The notes: generated by a model from the letters alone, not told the origin. 64,000 nt of DNA from an uncultured Eubacteriales bacterium (GCA_964388455.1 CAYMAN010000008.1:12289-76288); one strand, 5' to 3'; shown: positions 18,027-28,248, counted from the stretch's first letter. Program-made: numbers and translations.

Positions 18027-19700
18027 ATGCAGCCCATTCGTAGACACGGCCCCCTTGTATTCGCTATCCGCGTGCTCGCGCTCGTCGCGCTGATGTTTGG
18101 CGTGCCGCTCGCGGCTCAGGGCGCCCCCATCAAACCTGCCGCGCTTCGTGTCATCGTGGATCCGGGTCATGGTGGAGTCTACTCGGGAGCCACCTACGGC
18201 GGCGTGCAGGAGGCCGACCTCAACCTTGCGATCGCCAAGCGACTCGCGGCCGAACTCAAGCGCCGAGGAATCGACGCCCGCCTCACGCGCTCCGGCGACA
18301 CGCGCGTGTATCGCGGTGGAGCGATGCGCACGTGGCGCTTCCACGAGGCGACCAAGCTGTATCGCTACGCTTATTGGCCGGTAGACGATGCCGAGGACCG
18401 ACTGAGACTCGATCTGCAGGCACGAGTGGATGCTGCAAACGCATCGGGAGCGGACCTGTTCGTCTCGATTCACAACAACGCGGCCGGTGCGAGTGCGCAC
18501 GGCATAGAAGTGTGGCGTGCGCCCAACGATCTGCTCGGACAGCGGTTCGGCCTAGACGTCCAGAGCCATGTCATCCGCACGACCGGGGCAGCCAATCGCG
18601 GTGTGCAGACAGCGAGTTTCTACGTGGTGCGCTGGAGCAACGTTCCGGCCCTGCTCGTCGAGACCGGCTTTGTGAGCAACTCGGCTGAACGTGCGCGACT
18701 CAAGAGCGCCAGCTACCAGAGCAAGTTGGCGCGCGGCATCGCCGACGGCATTCAGACATTCGCGGCGCGCCCGGTCAACGAACCCTACCAGCGGTACTGG
18801 GGTCCAACTCGCTATGACACCGCAGCGTCTGTCTCGGCTGCCGGATGGCCCTCGGGTGTGCCTGCGGTAGTGCTGGCGTCAGGAGCGACGTTCTCAGACG
18901 CGCTGGTCGCGGGCCCGCTCGCAACCAAGCTCGGGGGGCCGATTCTGACGACGTCGGGCTCCGGTCTCGCGCCGTCTGTGGGCCGAGAGCTGCAGCGACT
19001 CGCGCCCCGCCGCATCGTAGTCGTGGGAAACCGCGCGTCGGTTCCGGATGCGGTCGCGAAACAGGCGGCGGCAGTCGCCGGTCTGCGATCCTCTGACATC
19101 GAACGGATCGACGGCGCGGACAGCTATGCGGTCTCACTAGCCGTCGCCCGCAAGGTCGTGACCGCCGAGACGACCAGTGTCGTCGTGGCCTCCGGTACCG
19201 GGTTCGCCGACTCGCTGTCGATCGTCGCGAGCGCGGCCGAGCGCGGTGAGCCGATCCTGCTCGCGAGCCCACAAGGACTCTCCGACGGTGCGCTGCAGCT
19301 CATCCGTGAGCGTCCGGACCGCGCGGTAACGGTAATCGGCGGCACGACCATCATGCCTACCAGCGTCATGCGCGGAGTGCCCTTCACGCGTCTCGCCGGC
19401 AAGGATCGTTACGCAACGAACTGGGTGGTCTTCAACGCGCGCTACGGCACAGCACAGCGCATGAGTCCCGTCCTGGTCTCCGGTGTGCAGTTCGCCGACG
19501 CTCTGGTGGCCGGTCCGTTCGCCGCCGCCGACGGACGCCCGCTGCTGCTCGTGGGCAAGGCGACGGTGTCGCAGGACCTCAGGCCCTGGGTGTACGCCAA
19601 TCGCGATGCGGCACTTGAGTTCGACGTTGTCGGCGGGCCCGCAGTGGTTACCGCCTACGTCTCGGCGATGTTCGACAAGATGGAGATGCGCACGTACTAG
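18027..19700 (+). CDS. Secreted N-acetylmuramoyl-L-alanine amidase (Amidase_3) with three CWB2 repeats
   Basis: DPGHGG, QEADLNL, VSIHNN and LVETGF zinc/catalytic motifs; RYWGPTRYDTA, ASGATFSDAL, ASGTGFADSL, RLAGKDRYAT and FADAL repeats. Confidence 0.92.
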   Translation: MQPIRRHGPLVFAIRVLALVALMFGVPLAAQGAPIKPAALRVIVDPGHGGVYSGATYGGVQEADLNLAIAKRLAAELKRRGIDARLTRSGDTRVYRGGAMRTWRFHEATKLYRYAYWPVDDAEDRLRLDLQARVDAANASGADLFVSIHNNAAGASAHGIEVWRAPNDLLGQRFGLDVQSHVIRTTGAANRGVQTASFYVVRWSNVPALLVETGFVSNSAERARLKSASYQSKLARGIADGIQTFAARPVNEPYQRYWGPTRYDTAASVSAAGWPSGVPAVVLASGATFSDALVAGPLATKLGGPILTTSGSGLAPSVGRELQRLAPRRIVVVGNRASVPDAVAKQAAAVAGLRSSDIERIDGADSYAVSLAVARKVVTAETTSVVVASGTGFADSLSIVASAAERGEPILLASPQGLSDGALQLIRERPDRAVTVIGGTTIMPTSVMRGVPFTRLAGKDRYATNWVVFNARYGTAQRMSPVLVSGVQFADALVAGPFAAADGRPLLLVGKATVSQDLRPWVYANRDAALEFDVVGGPAVVTAYVSAMFDKMEMRTY

Positions 19701-19770
19701 ACGGACGGTCCACACGCTGGGGATGGTCGATTTCTGCTGCGTAGGTGGGCCGTAGGCGCCGATGGCCCTG

Positions 19771-19779
19771 TGCTAGTAT
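19771..19779 (+). promoter_or_regulatory. Putative extended -10 (TGC-TAGTAT) of a leaderless GT transcript
   Basis: Hexamer ends 7 nt before ATG 19787; no SD. Confidence 0.5.
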
Positions 19780-19786
19780 CACCGCC

Positions 19787-21007
19787 ATGAGGATTCTTCA
19801 GATAGGGCCGGTACCGCCAGAACTCGGTGGCCGCAGCACGGGTGGCATCGCTACGCACGTGCAGGGACTGGCCACACATCTCACCATGCTCGGTCACGAG
19901 GTCGGCATTCTGGCCGACAACCGCGACTACGACCCCGCTTCCTGGCCGGCACTCGAATTCGGCATCTCCGTGTTCGGCATCGCAGACTTCGCCGGCCCTG
20001 CTCGGATGCGTGCCCTGGCGTCTCCGCGGGCCGCCTCGCAGATCGTCATCGCACGACGCGTGCTGTCACAGGGATGGTCGCTGCGGTGGTTGGCCTCAAA
20101 GATCGCGGCATACCGCTCGGTGGTCGCAGACTTCAGACCCGATATCGTGCACGTGCACACACTCGAGGCACGCTACGCGCTTGCCCATGCCGTGCTTGGC
20201 GGGACGATCCCGCTTATGGCGACGGCGCATTCGAGCCACTACGTCGAGCTCGTCGACACATCCAGCCGAGCAGCCAACGCGGCATTGGTGGGCCGCAACC
20301 TTGGCGCGGCGCGTGACGTCATCTACGTCAGCGACTTCCTACGACGTCGCTACGCGCAGCTCTTCCCGGAGCAGAGTGCTCATGCGAGCGCGCGGGTCGT
20401 GCACAACCCCATCGACGTTGCGATTCACAGGCCGGTCCCGCGTGCGGAGGCTCGCCGTGCGGTCGGAGTGTCGGGTGAGGGACCGGTGCTGTTGTTCGTG
20501 GGCAACCTCATCGACTGCAAGGACGTCGGCTCGCTCCTTCGCGCGGTCGCGTTGCTCGCAGGCACGGGAACGAAGGCGACCGCGCTGATCGTGGGCGACG
20601 GTGTTGAAGCGGGACGCCTCGCTAAACTCGCCCATTACGAGGGGGTCGCTGATCGCGTCCGCTTCGAGGGTCGCAGACCACAGTCGGAGCTCTCCGCGTA
20701 CTACAGCGCGGCCGATATCTTCGTGTTCCCCAGCGTGATGGAGGGCTTTGGTCTGGTCGCGGTTGAGGCGATGCTCTGTGGCACGCCGGTCGTCGGGACG
20801 CCTGAGGTGTTCAGTGAGGTCGTGCCGGAGTTCGGCGGGAGCGTTGCGCCGGTGTCGGACCCGGTTGCGCTCGCCGAGGCGATCAGCGCCGCGTTGGCGC
20901 GGACGTGGGATCGCGATGCGATTCGAGAGTACGCACTCGGTTTCGATTGGGAGCGTCGAATCGGGGAGTACGAGGCTGTCTATGCTGAGGTGCGTGCGGG
21001 CCGCTAG
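19787..21007 (+). CDS. GT4 family glycosyltransferase
   Basis: GGIATH, FVGNL, ADIFVFPS and EGFGLVAVEAMLCGTPVV motifs. Confidence 0.92.
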   Translation: MRILQIGPVPPELGGRSTGGIATHVQGLATHLTMLGHEVGILADNRDYDPASWPALEFGISVFGIADFAGPARMRALASPRAASQIVIARRVLSQGWSLRWLASKIAAYRSVVADFRPDIVHVHTLEARYALAHAVLGGTIPLMATAHSSHYVELVDTSSRAANAALVGRNLGAARDVIYVSDFLRRRYAQLFPEQSAHASARVVHNPIDVAIHRPVPRAEARRAVGVSGEGPVLLFVGNLIDCKDVGSLLRAVALLAGTGTKATALIVGDGVEAGRLAKLAHYEGVADRVRFEGRRPQSELSAYYSAADIFVFPSVMEGFGLVAVEAMLCGTPVVGTPEVFSEVVPEFGGSVAPVSDPVALAEAISAALARTWDRDAIREYALGFDWERRIGEYEAVYAEVRAGR

Positions 21008-22506
21008 GAGCGATTCGAGAGCTTCAGCCTGCGCTTGGCGGCGCCCCACAGCTCGCCTGTGAACTGCAGCTCATCCGGGCGCAGTCCGCGCAGCGCCCAC
21101 AGTGCGGCGACGTACAGCACGAGCCCCAGCACCGTCTCGACAACCAGCAGCCAGATCGCGGGATCAAACCAGCGGAACGCAAGCGTGAGCATCCCCGCCA
21201 TGATCGCCGCGGCCCCGATGATCCGTGCGAGGTCCAGTGTAGGCAGCTGCCACTCCATATACGGTCTGCTACGCCACCATGCGAGTGTGAGCAGGAACAG
21301 GTACGAGAACAATGTGTTCCATGCGGCCGCCTGGTAGCCGAACCGTGGAATCAGCAGCAGGTTCGCCGCCACCTGAAACGCAGCAGCCATCATCACGTTC
21401 TGCATCGTGATCAGCGTCTTCTTGTGCATCGCAAGCCCGTTGCCGGCAATCTGCGTCATGCCGTAAAGCAGCACTCCGGCGGCGACGATCGGCAGTACCT
21501 TGTAGGCCTCGTGGAAGTCCGGTCCGGTGAAGATCTTCACGAACGGCTGCGCGATCACCGCGAGTCCGGCGACCATCGGCACGGTCACCATCGCGTAGTA
21601 GCGCGTGAGCTGTGTCTGTACCTGCTCGGCGAGCTTCTGGTCGTGCTTCTCGAACGTGCGCACCATTACGGGGCCGATGGCGATGAGCAACGGCAGCGTG
21701 ATGAGGTTCATGATCTTGTCGCCCAGGCCGTACGCGACTCCGTACAGGCCGACCTGCTCGGCGGATTGGCTCAGTCCGATGATGTAGCGGTCCGAGAGGA
21801 TCAGGATCCACGACGAGACGGCGGCGGGGATCATCGGCACGCCGTAGGAGGCGAACTGCCTTGCGATGTCGCCGGAGTAGCTGCGTGGCGACAGGCTTCC
21901 CTCGGTGTACGCGTTGCGAATCGCGAACGGCACGAGCAGCGCATTGCCGAGCACGACACCGGCGAGGACCCCGTACGCACCCCACTTGGTCACGACCACG
22001 AAGAAGACCGAGAACACCGTCGCGAGAATCGCCGAGGCTACCGAGAGAATCGCGTATGCGTTGGCGCGGTTCGCGGCGCGCATCAGCTGCTGGATCACCT
22101 GGATGAACTGGTTGAAGACGAGGCCCGCCAGCGCGATGGGAAGCAGGCGCTGCACGCCGGAAGAGAAGTTGCCCGCGAACAGGACCCCGAGTCCTCCCAC
22201 GACCAGCGCGCCGAGGAAGAGCGACACGATCGCGGACCACACGACGGTCGCCACGTATTCGTCGAGGCGACCCTTGCGCTCCTCGGCCCAGTAGAAGCGG
22301 ACGATGGACGCGGTCAACCATGAGGTGAGCAGGGTGGCGGTCAGCGAGACGGCGGAGTTCACGAGGTAGAAGTCGCCGTAGTCCGCCGGAGAGATCAGGC
22401 GCGTGAAGATCGGCACGGTGATGAATGACGTCAACGCCGGCACCAGCCGCACGGGGAAGTACTTGATCGCGTCGGTTCCCGCGCCCTTGAGGATCGTCTT
22501 CAGCAA
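21004..22506 (-). CDS. Wzx-type oligosaccharide flippase
   Basis: About 14 hydrophobic segments; PIFTRLISPADYG and SDRYII...VGLYG motifs; AGGAG RBS before TTG 22506. Confidence 0.88.
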   Translation of the reverse strand: MLKTILKGAGTDAIKYFPVRLVPALTSFITVPIFTRLISPADYGDFYLVNSAVSLTATLLTSWLTASIVRFYWAEERKGRLDEYVATVVWSAIVSLFLGALVVGGLGVLFAGNFSSGVQRLLPIALAGLVFNQFIQVIQQLMRAANRANAYAILSVASAILATVFSVFFVVVTKWGAYGVLAGVVLGNALLVPFAIRNAYTEGSLSPRSYSGDIARQFASYGVPMIPAAVSSWILILSDRYIIGLSQSAEQVGLYGVAYGLGDKIMNLITLPLLIAIGPVMVRTFEKHDQKLAEQVQTQLTRYYAMVTVPMVAGLAVIAQPFVKIFTGPDFHEAYKVLPIVAAGVLLYGMTQIAGNGLAMHKKTLITMQNVMMAAAFQVAANLLLIPRFGYQAAAWNTLFSYLFLLTLAWWRSRPYMEWQLPTLDLARIIGAAAIMAGMLTLAFRWFDPAIWLLVVETVLGLVLYVAALWALRGLRPDELQFTGELWGAAKRRLKLSNRS

Positions 22507-22588
22507 GCCCTGACTCCTGTCACGTTTCTGCGTGTGGTTCGCCGCACAGCGTACCGCAGACCACAAGGCGGCGACCGTGTCGGCAGGG

Positions 22589-22594
22589 TAGAAT
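22589..22594 (+). promoter_or_regulatory. Putative -10 (TAGAAT) for the pse operon
   Basis: Hexamer in the divergent wzx/pseB intergenic region. Confidence 0.4.
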
Positions 22595-22640
22595 GTCACG
22601 AACACGTTGTCAGCACATGCGTATCCAGGACGGAGTTTGC

Positions 22641-23651
22641 ATGTTGAACGGTAGATCGATTCTCGTCACGGGTGGCACCGGGTCATTTGGTAAGAAGTTC
22701 ATCGCCACGATCCTCGAGCGCTACCCGGAGGTCGAGCGAATCGTCGTGTACTCGCGCGATGAACTCAAGCAGTACGAGATGTCGCAGTGGCTGAGCCCCG
22801 AGCGCTACCCGCAGCTGCGGTTCTTCATCGGCGACGTGCGCGACAAGGATCGCCTGTCGCGCGCTATGGAGGGCATCGACACCGTCATCCACGCAGCCGC
22901 GCTCAAGCACGTGCCAGTCTGCGAGTACAACCCGTTCGAGGCCGTGAAGACCAACATCATCGGCGCCCAGAACGTCATCGAGGCGGCGATCGATCGCGGC
23001 ATCACGCGTGTGGTCGCACTCTCGACCGACAAGGCCGCCGCTCCGATCAACCTCTACGGCGCCACCAAGCTCGCCTCGGACAAGATGTTCGTCGCGGCCA
23101 ACAACTTCAGGGGCGCGCGCGACATCCGCTTCTCGGTTGTGCGCTACGGCAACGTCATGGGTTCGCGTGGCAGCGTCATCCCGTTCTTCCTCGATAAGCG
23201 CGCAAGCGGCGTCCTGCCGATCACCGACCCTCAGATGACGCGCTTCAACATCTCGCTCGAGGACGGCGTCGAGCTGGTGCTGCACGCACTGGAGAACATG
23301 TGGGGCGGAGAGATCTACGTCCCCAAGATTCCCAGCTATCGCATCACCGACGTCGCCGAGGCGGTCGCGCCCGAGTGCCGCACAGAGATCGTGGGCATCC
23401 GCCCCGGCGAGAAGCTCCACGAGGAGATGATCACCGAGACCGACGCGATCATGACCGTCGAGATGGCCGACAAGTTCGTGATCCTGCCGTCTATACCGCT
23501 GTGGGACGTCGATGAGTTCTGCGCCGCGTTCTCGGCGAGCAGGTGTGCGCCGGGCTTCCGGTACAACTCGGGCTCGAACACCGAGTGGCTGGGCGTCGAG
23601 GAGCTGCGTGATCTGATCCGCGAGCACGTCGATCCCGCGTTCGAGGCGTAG
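22641..23651 (+). CDS. pseB: UDP-N-acetylglucosamine 4,6-dehydratase (inverting)
   Basis: TGGTGSFG, YSRDELKQ, ALSTDKA, NLYGATK, RYGNVMGSRGSV and RPGEKLHEEM motifs. Confidence 0.95.
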   Translation: MLNGRSILVTGGTGSFGKKFIATILERYPEVERIVVYSRDELKQYEMSQWLSPERYPQLRFFIGDVRDKDRLSRAMEGIDTVIHAAALKHVPVCEYNPFEAVKTNIIGAQNVIEAAIDRGITRVVALSTDKAAAPINLYGATKLASDKMFVAANNFRGARDIRFSVVRYGNVMGSRGSVIPFFLDKRASGVLPITDPQMTRFNISLEDGVELVLHALENMWGGEIYVPKIPSYRITDVAEAVAPECRTEIVGIRPGEKLHEEMITETDAIMTVEMADKFVILPSIPLWDVDEFCAAFSASRCAPGFRYNSGSNTEWLGVEELRDLIREHVDPAFEA

Positions 23652-23658
23652 GCGCATC

Positions 23659-24822
23659 GTGATTCCTTACGGCAGACAGTCGGTTTCGCAGGCCGACATC
23701 GATGCGGTTGTCGAGGTCTTAGGGAGCGACTTCCTCACGCAGGGGCCCGCGGTGGAGCGCTTCGAGACCGCGCTGGCTTCGTACTGCGGCGCGAAGCATG
23801 CGGTGGCCGTGTCCAACGGCACTGCGGCGCTGCATCTGGCGATGCTCGCGCTGGGGGTCGGGGAGGCCTCGCTGGTCTGGACGTCGCCCAACTCCTTCGT
23901 GGCATCGGCCAACTGCGCTCGCTACTGCGGCGCGGACGTCGACTTCGTGGATATCGATCCCGACACCTTCAACATGGACGTCTCCGCGCTGGCGGCCAAA
24001 CTCGCGTGCGCCGAGTCGGCCGGACGGCTGCCCGACGTCGTGATCCCGGTCCACCACTCCGGGCTACCGTGCGACATGACCGGCATCGCCGCGCTCGCCG
24101 AGCGCTACGGCTTCGCGGTCGTCGAGGACGCCTGCCACGCGCTCGGCGGCAGTTACGACGCCGAGAAGGTCGGCGCGTGCACCCACTCGGCGATGACCGT
24201 GTTCAGCTTCCACCCCGTCAAGACGCTCACCACGGGCGAGGGTGGCGCGGTTCTCACGAACGACGACGCGCTCGCTGTCCGAGTCGCGCTGCTGCGCTCG
24301 CACGGCATCACGCGCGACCCGGCGATGATGGCCGTGCCGGAGACGGCGATGGCTCCCGCGTCCACGACGCCCTGGCACTACGAGATGGTCGAGCTGGGCT
24401 TCAACTACCGCATCACCGACATCCAGTGCGCGCTCGGAGCCAGCCAGCTCACGCGCCTCGACGAGTGGATCGCGCGACGCGGTGAACTCGCGGCGCGCTA
24501 CGACCGGCTGCTCGCCGACCTTCCCGTGCGCGGGCAGCTCGACCCGACCGGACGTGTCTCGGCGCGTCACCTGTACGTGGTGCGCGTGTCGGCCGACCGC
24601 CGCGACGAGGTCGGTCGAGCCATGCGCGACGCGGGAGTGCTCGTGAACCTGCACTACGCTCCCATCCATCTCCAGCCCTACTACCGGGCCCTCGGGTTCA
24701 AGCCGGGCGATTTTCCGCACGCCGAGCTCTACAGCCGAGAAGCACTGACGCTGCCGCTCTACCCGGCGATGAGTGAGGCCGACGTCGATACGGTCGTGGA
24801 CCTGCTCGCGAGCCTGGTATGA
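23659..24822 (+). CDS. pseC: UDP-4-amino-4,6-dideoxy-N-acetyl-beta-L-altrosamine transaminase
   Basis: MIPYGRQ, LTQGP, SFHPVKTLTTGEGG, LRSHGI and GFNYRITDIQCALG motifs. Confidence 0.93.
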   Translation: MIPYGRQSVSQADIDAVVEVLGSDFLTQGPAVERFETALASYCGAKHAVAVSNGTAALHLAMLALGVGEASLVWTSPNSFVASANCARYCGADVDFVDIDPDTFNMDVSALAAKLACAESAGRLPDVVIPVHHSGLPCDMTGIAALAERYGFAVVEDACHALGGSYDAEKVGACTHSAMTVFSFHPVKTLTTGEGGAVLTNDDALAVRVALLRSHGITRDPAMMAVPETAMAPASTTPWHYEMVELGFNYRITDIQCALGASQLTRLDEWIARRGELAARYDRLLADLPVRGQLDPTGRVSARHLYVVRVSADRRDEVGRAMRDAGVLVNLHYAPIHLQPYYRALGFKPGDFPHAELYSREALTLPLYPAMSEADVDTVVDLLASLV

Positions 24823-25871
24823 CGCTGCAGTCGACGTCGGTGCTGATACGGGTCGATGCATCGGCGGAAGTCGGCATGGGGCATCTCGGCCGCTGTCTGA
24901 CACTGGCTGACGCGCTGCGGTCGGGAGGTGCCCGCGTCGCCTTCGCGTGCGGCGGTGACATCGGGTTGTGCCGATCGGCCGTCGCACTCCGCGGCTTCGA
25001 ACTTGTGGCGGAGATGGCTTCGCCCGAGGACGTGCGGCAGTTGATCGACGTCATCGGCGAGCCTCTCGGGTACGACACGGTCGTGGTCGACCACTATGAG
25101 CTCGATGTCGAGTGGGAGCGTGAGCTCGCGCGCGCGGGCGTGACGATCGCGGTCATAGACGATCTCGCTCGGGCGCATGAATCCGCGATCCTGCTCGACC
25201 AGAACCTGTACGCTGGCGCCGAGCACCGTTATCACGGCAAGGTGCCGGGAGACTGCAAGCTGCTGCTCGGGCCCCGCTACGCGTTGCTGCGACCCGAGTT
25301 CGAGCTCGCGAGCCGCAACATCCAACCGCGCACCGGCGAGGTGTACTCAGTGCTCGTTTCCTATGGCGGAAGCGATCCGACCAATGAGACGGCCAAGGCG
25401 ATTACGGCGCTTATCGGCATACCGGGCATCGAGCGTATCGATGTCGTGATCGGCCCTGCCATGCGTGACGCCGAGACCCTCCGTGGCATGGCCGGCGACG
25501 ATCCGCGGTTCACGTTCCACATCGCACCGGACAACATGGCCGAGCTCATGGCCGCGGCGGATGTGGCGCTGGGAGCGGGCGGATCGACCAACTGGGAGCG
25601 GTGTATCCTCGGACTGCCCTCACTGGTCACCACCGTGGCGCTCAATCAGGTCGAAGTCGCCGAGGAGCTCGCTTCTTGCGGTGCGATCCGCCTTCTGGGC
25701 GCCGCCGAGATGGTAGACGAGGATGACGTGCTGGTGGCTGTTCGCGGGCTGGTCGCAGACCCGGATTCGGTTCGAGAGATGAGCGTGGCCGCGCGTGCGC
25801 TGATGGCGGATCACGTGGGAGTGCAACGAGTTGCTCGAGAGATTCTGGAGGCAGGAAATGCCGAGTCGTGA
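24819..25871 (+). CDS. pseG: UDP-2,4-diacetamido-2,4,6-trideoxy-beta-L-altropyranose hydrolase
   Basis: RVDASAEVGMGHLGRCL, VVDHY, LLGPRYALLRPEF, GGSD and AGGSTNWER motifs. Confidence 0.92.
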   Translation: MTLQSTSVLIRVDASAEVGMGHLGRCLTLADALRSGGARVAFACGGDIGLCRSAVALRGFELVAEMASPEDVRQLIDVIGEPLGYDTVVVDHYELDVEWERELARAGVTIAVIDDLARAHESAILLDQNLYAGAEHRYHGKVPGDCKLLLGPRYALLRPEFELASRNIQPRTGEVYSVLVSYGGSDPTNETAKAITALIGIPGIERIDVVIGPAMRDAETLRGMAGDDPRFTFHIAPDNMAELMAAADVALGAGGSTNWERCILGLPSLVTTVALNQVEVAEELASCGAIRLLGAAEMVDEDDVLVAVRGLVADPDSVREMSVAARALMADHVGVQRVAREILEAGNAES

Positions 25872-26409
25872 AGCATATGAGATGAGGCCCATGACGTCGG
25901 GAGACCTAGCGATGGTCCGCGAGTGGCGAAACTCCGACAGCGTGCGGCCGTACATGTACACCACACACGAGATCACGCAGGCCGAACATGAGGCGTGGTG
26001 GGCGCGCGCGTCGGTCGATCCGCGATCGAGGCACTATGTGTTCTGCGTCAACGACGTGCCCGTGGGAGTGGTCAACATCGTCGAGATCGACGAGTACAAC
26101 GGCACCGCCTCGTGGGGCTACTACATCGGCGCCGAGAACGCACCGCCGGGGACCGGTTCTGCAATGGAGTACATCGCGCTCGACATGGTCTTTGGCGAAC
26201 TGGGTATCCGGAAGCTCGTGTGTGAGGTGTTCGCGTTCAACAAGCGGCCGCTCAAGATGCATGCTCGCTTCGGGTTCGTGCAAGAGGGCGTGCGCCGTGC
26301 TCACAAGAAGCACGAGGATGCGTACGAAGACGTCATTGAGCTCGGTGTGTTCGCCGAGGAGTGGGCCCAGGTCAGAGACGGTCTCACACCCGTCGTATTC
26401 AGGGGGTAG
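25858..26409 (+). CDS. pseH: GNAT N-acetyltransferase of the pseudaminic acid pathway
   Basis: WRNSDSVRPYMY, EHEAW, WGYY and CEVFAFN...HARFGF motifs; between pseG and pseI. Confidence 0.9.
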   Translation: MPSREAYEMRPMTSGDLAMVREWRNSDSVRPYMYTTHEITQAEHEAWWARASVDPRSRHYVFCVNDVPVGVVNIVEIDEYNGTASWGYYIGAENAPPGTGSAMEYIALDMVFGELGIRKLVCEVFAFNKRPLKMHARFGFVQEGVRRAHKKHEDAYEDVIELGVFAEEWAQVRDGLTPVVFRG

Positions 26410-26413
26410 AACC

Positions 26414-27466
26414 GTGCGCGACGTCATTATCGCCGGCCGAGCCATCGGCCCGAGCCACCCACCCTTCGTCATCGCCGAGATGAGCGGCAACCACAACCAT
26501 TCGCTTGAGCGCGCTCTCGAGATCGTCGACGCCGCTGCCGATGCCGGCGCGCACGCGATCAAACTGCAGACCTATACCGCCGACACGATCACGCTCGACA
26601 CCGACGCGCCGGGTTTCACCATCGACGACCCCGGCAGCCTCTGGAACGGTCGACGGCTGCACGAGCTCTATGACGACGCCCACACGCCATGGGAGTGGCA
26701 TCAGGCGATCTTCGCGCGCGGCGCCGAGCGTGGGCTGATCGTGTTCTCGACGCCGTTCGACGACACCGCCGTGGACTTCCTCGAGGACCTGGACGCGCCG
26801 TGCCACAAGATCGCCTCGTTCGAGAACATCGACCTGCCGCTCATCCGCCGGATCGCGCGCACCGGCAAGCCAATCATCATGTCGACCGGTATGGCGAGCG
26901 AGGCCGAGATCGCGGAGGCGGTCGATACCATCCGCGCCGAGGGCAACGAGCAGATCGTGCTGCTCAAGTGCACGAGCACGTATCCCGCGCGCCCCGTCGA
27001 CACCAACCTGCGAACGATCCCCGACCTGCGCGAGCGCTTCGGGTGCCAGGTCGGCCTCTCGGACCACACGCTGGGCACGGCTGTCAGCGTCGCCTCGGTG
27101 GCGCTCGGCGCGACCGTCATCGAGAAGCACTTCACGCTCTCGCGTTCCGACGGGGGAGTCGACTCCGCATTCTCGCTCGAACCCGCCGAGTTCACCACGC
27201 TCGTGTCGGACTCGCTCATTGCATGGGAGGCGCTCGGCGAGGTCGCTTACGGCCCCACCGAGAAGGAGCGCGCGTCGCTGCAGTTCCGCCGCTCGCTCTA
27301 CATCGCCGAGGACATCGCGGCGGGCGAGGAGCTGACCGCGCGCAACGTGCGCAGCGTCCGGCCGGGGATGGGCCTGCCGCCAAGGCACTACGACGAGGTT
27401 CTCGGCAGGCGCGCTGCGAAGGACCTGGCCAAGGGGACGCCGCTGTCATGGGACGTGCTGGCGTGA
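26414..27466 (+). CDS. pseI: Pseudaminic acid synthase
   Basis: IAEMSGNHN, KLQTYTADT, HTPWEWH, KIASFE, GLSDHTLG and IEKHF motifs; C-terminal SAF domain RRSLY...RPG. Confidence 0.95.
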   Translation: MRDVIIAGRAIGPSHPPFVIAEMSGNHNHSLERALEIVDAAADAGAHAIKLQTYTADTITLDTDAPGFTIDDPGSLWNGRRLHELYDDAHTPWEWHQAIFARGAERGLIVFSTPFDDTAVDFLEDLDAPCHKIASFENIDLPLIRRIARTGKPIIMSTGMASEAEIAEAVDTIRAEGNEQIVLLKCTSTYPARPVDTNLRTIPDLRERFGCQVGLSDHTLGTAVSVASVALGATVIEKHFTLSRSDGGVDSAFSLEPAEFTTLVSDSLIAWEALGEVAYGPTEKERASLQFRRSLYIAEDIAAGEELTARNVRSVRPGMGLPPRHYDEVLGRRAAKDLAKGTPLSWDVLA

Positions 27467-28215
27467 GCGGGTCGGGTCGTGTCGTGGTCATCGCGCAGGC
27501 CCGCATGGGCTCGACGCGACTGCCCGGCAAGGGGCTGGTGGACCTGGCCGGCAAGCCGCTGGTGGAGCGTGTTCTCGAGCGCGCCGCGCGATCCACACTC
27601 GCCGATGAGGTCGTGCTCGCGACCACGGACCTACCGGCCGACGACGAACTGGCGGCATGCGTCGACGCACTCGGCTTCCGAGTGGTCCGCGGTAGCTCCG
27701 AGGATGTGCTCGCCCGTTACGCCCGTGCCGCCGAGGAGTCCGATGCCGACGTGATCGTGCGCATCACCTGTGACTGCCCGTTTGTGGAGCCGTGGCTGAT
27801 CGATCGAGCCGTGACCGCAGTCGCAGACGACGGATTCGATTACGCAACCAACACGCTGGTCCGCACCTATCCGATAGGTCTTGATGTCGAGGCGCTCACC
27901 CGCCCTGCGCTGGGCCAGGCAGATGCCGAGGCTCACGAGCCGCACGAGCGCGAGCACGTCACGCCGTTCATCTATCAGCACCCGACTCGCTTTCGGTTGA
28001 GTAACCTCACGGCGCCCGGGTGGGCGACGTATCCGGAATGGCGGTTGACCGTCGATACCGCTGAGGATCTGGAGCTGGCGCGCATGCTCTACGCCGGGCT
28101 GCCGGACCGGTTCACGCTCGCGGAAACCGTCGATCTGGTGCTGCGGGACCCCTCGGTTCTCGAAACGAATAGCCGCGTTCCCCATAAGCATGTTGCCAAG
28201 CCGGAGACCTGGTGA
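27463..28215 (+). CDS. SpsF-type cytidylyltransferase (probable CMP-Pse synthetase, PseF role)
   Basis: QARMGSTRLPGK, RGSSEDVLARY, RITCDCP, REHVT and RLTVDT motifs; GTGA overlap with pseI. Confidence 0.85.
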   Translation: MSGSGRVVVIAQARMGSTRLPGKGLVDLAGKPLVERVLERAARSTLADEVVLATTDLPADDELAACVDALGFRVVRGSSEDVLARYARAAEESDADVIVRITCDCPFVEPWLIDRAVTAVADDGFDYATNTLVRTYPIGLDVEALTRPALGQADAEAHEPHEREHVTPFIYQHPTRFRLSNLTAPGWATYPEWRLTVDTAEDLELARMLYAGLPDRFTLAETVDLVLRDPSVLETNSRVPHKHVAKPETW

Positions 28216-28239
28216 CGCGAGAGTGGCGCGAGTCTTGCG

Positions 28240-28248
28240 TGGTATCAT
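28240..28248 (+). promoter_or_regulatory. Putative extended -10 promoter (TGG-TATCAT)
   Basis: TGn+TANNAT upstream of the SpoIID-domain gene. Confidence 0.45.
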
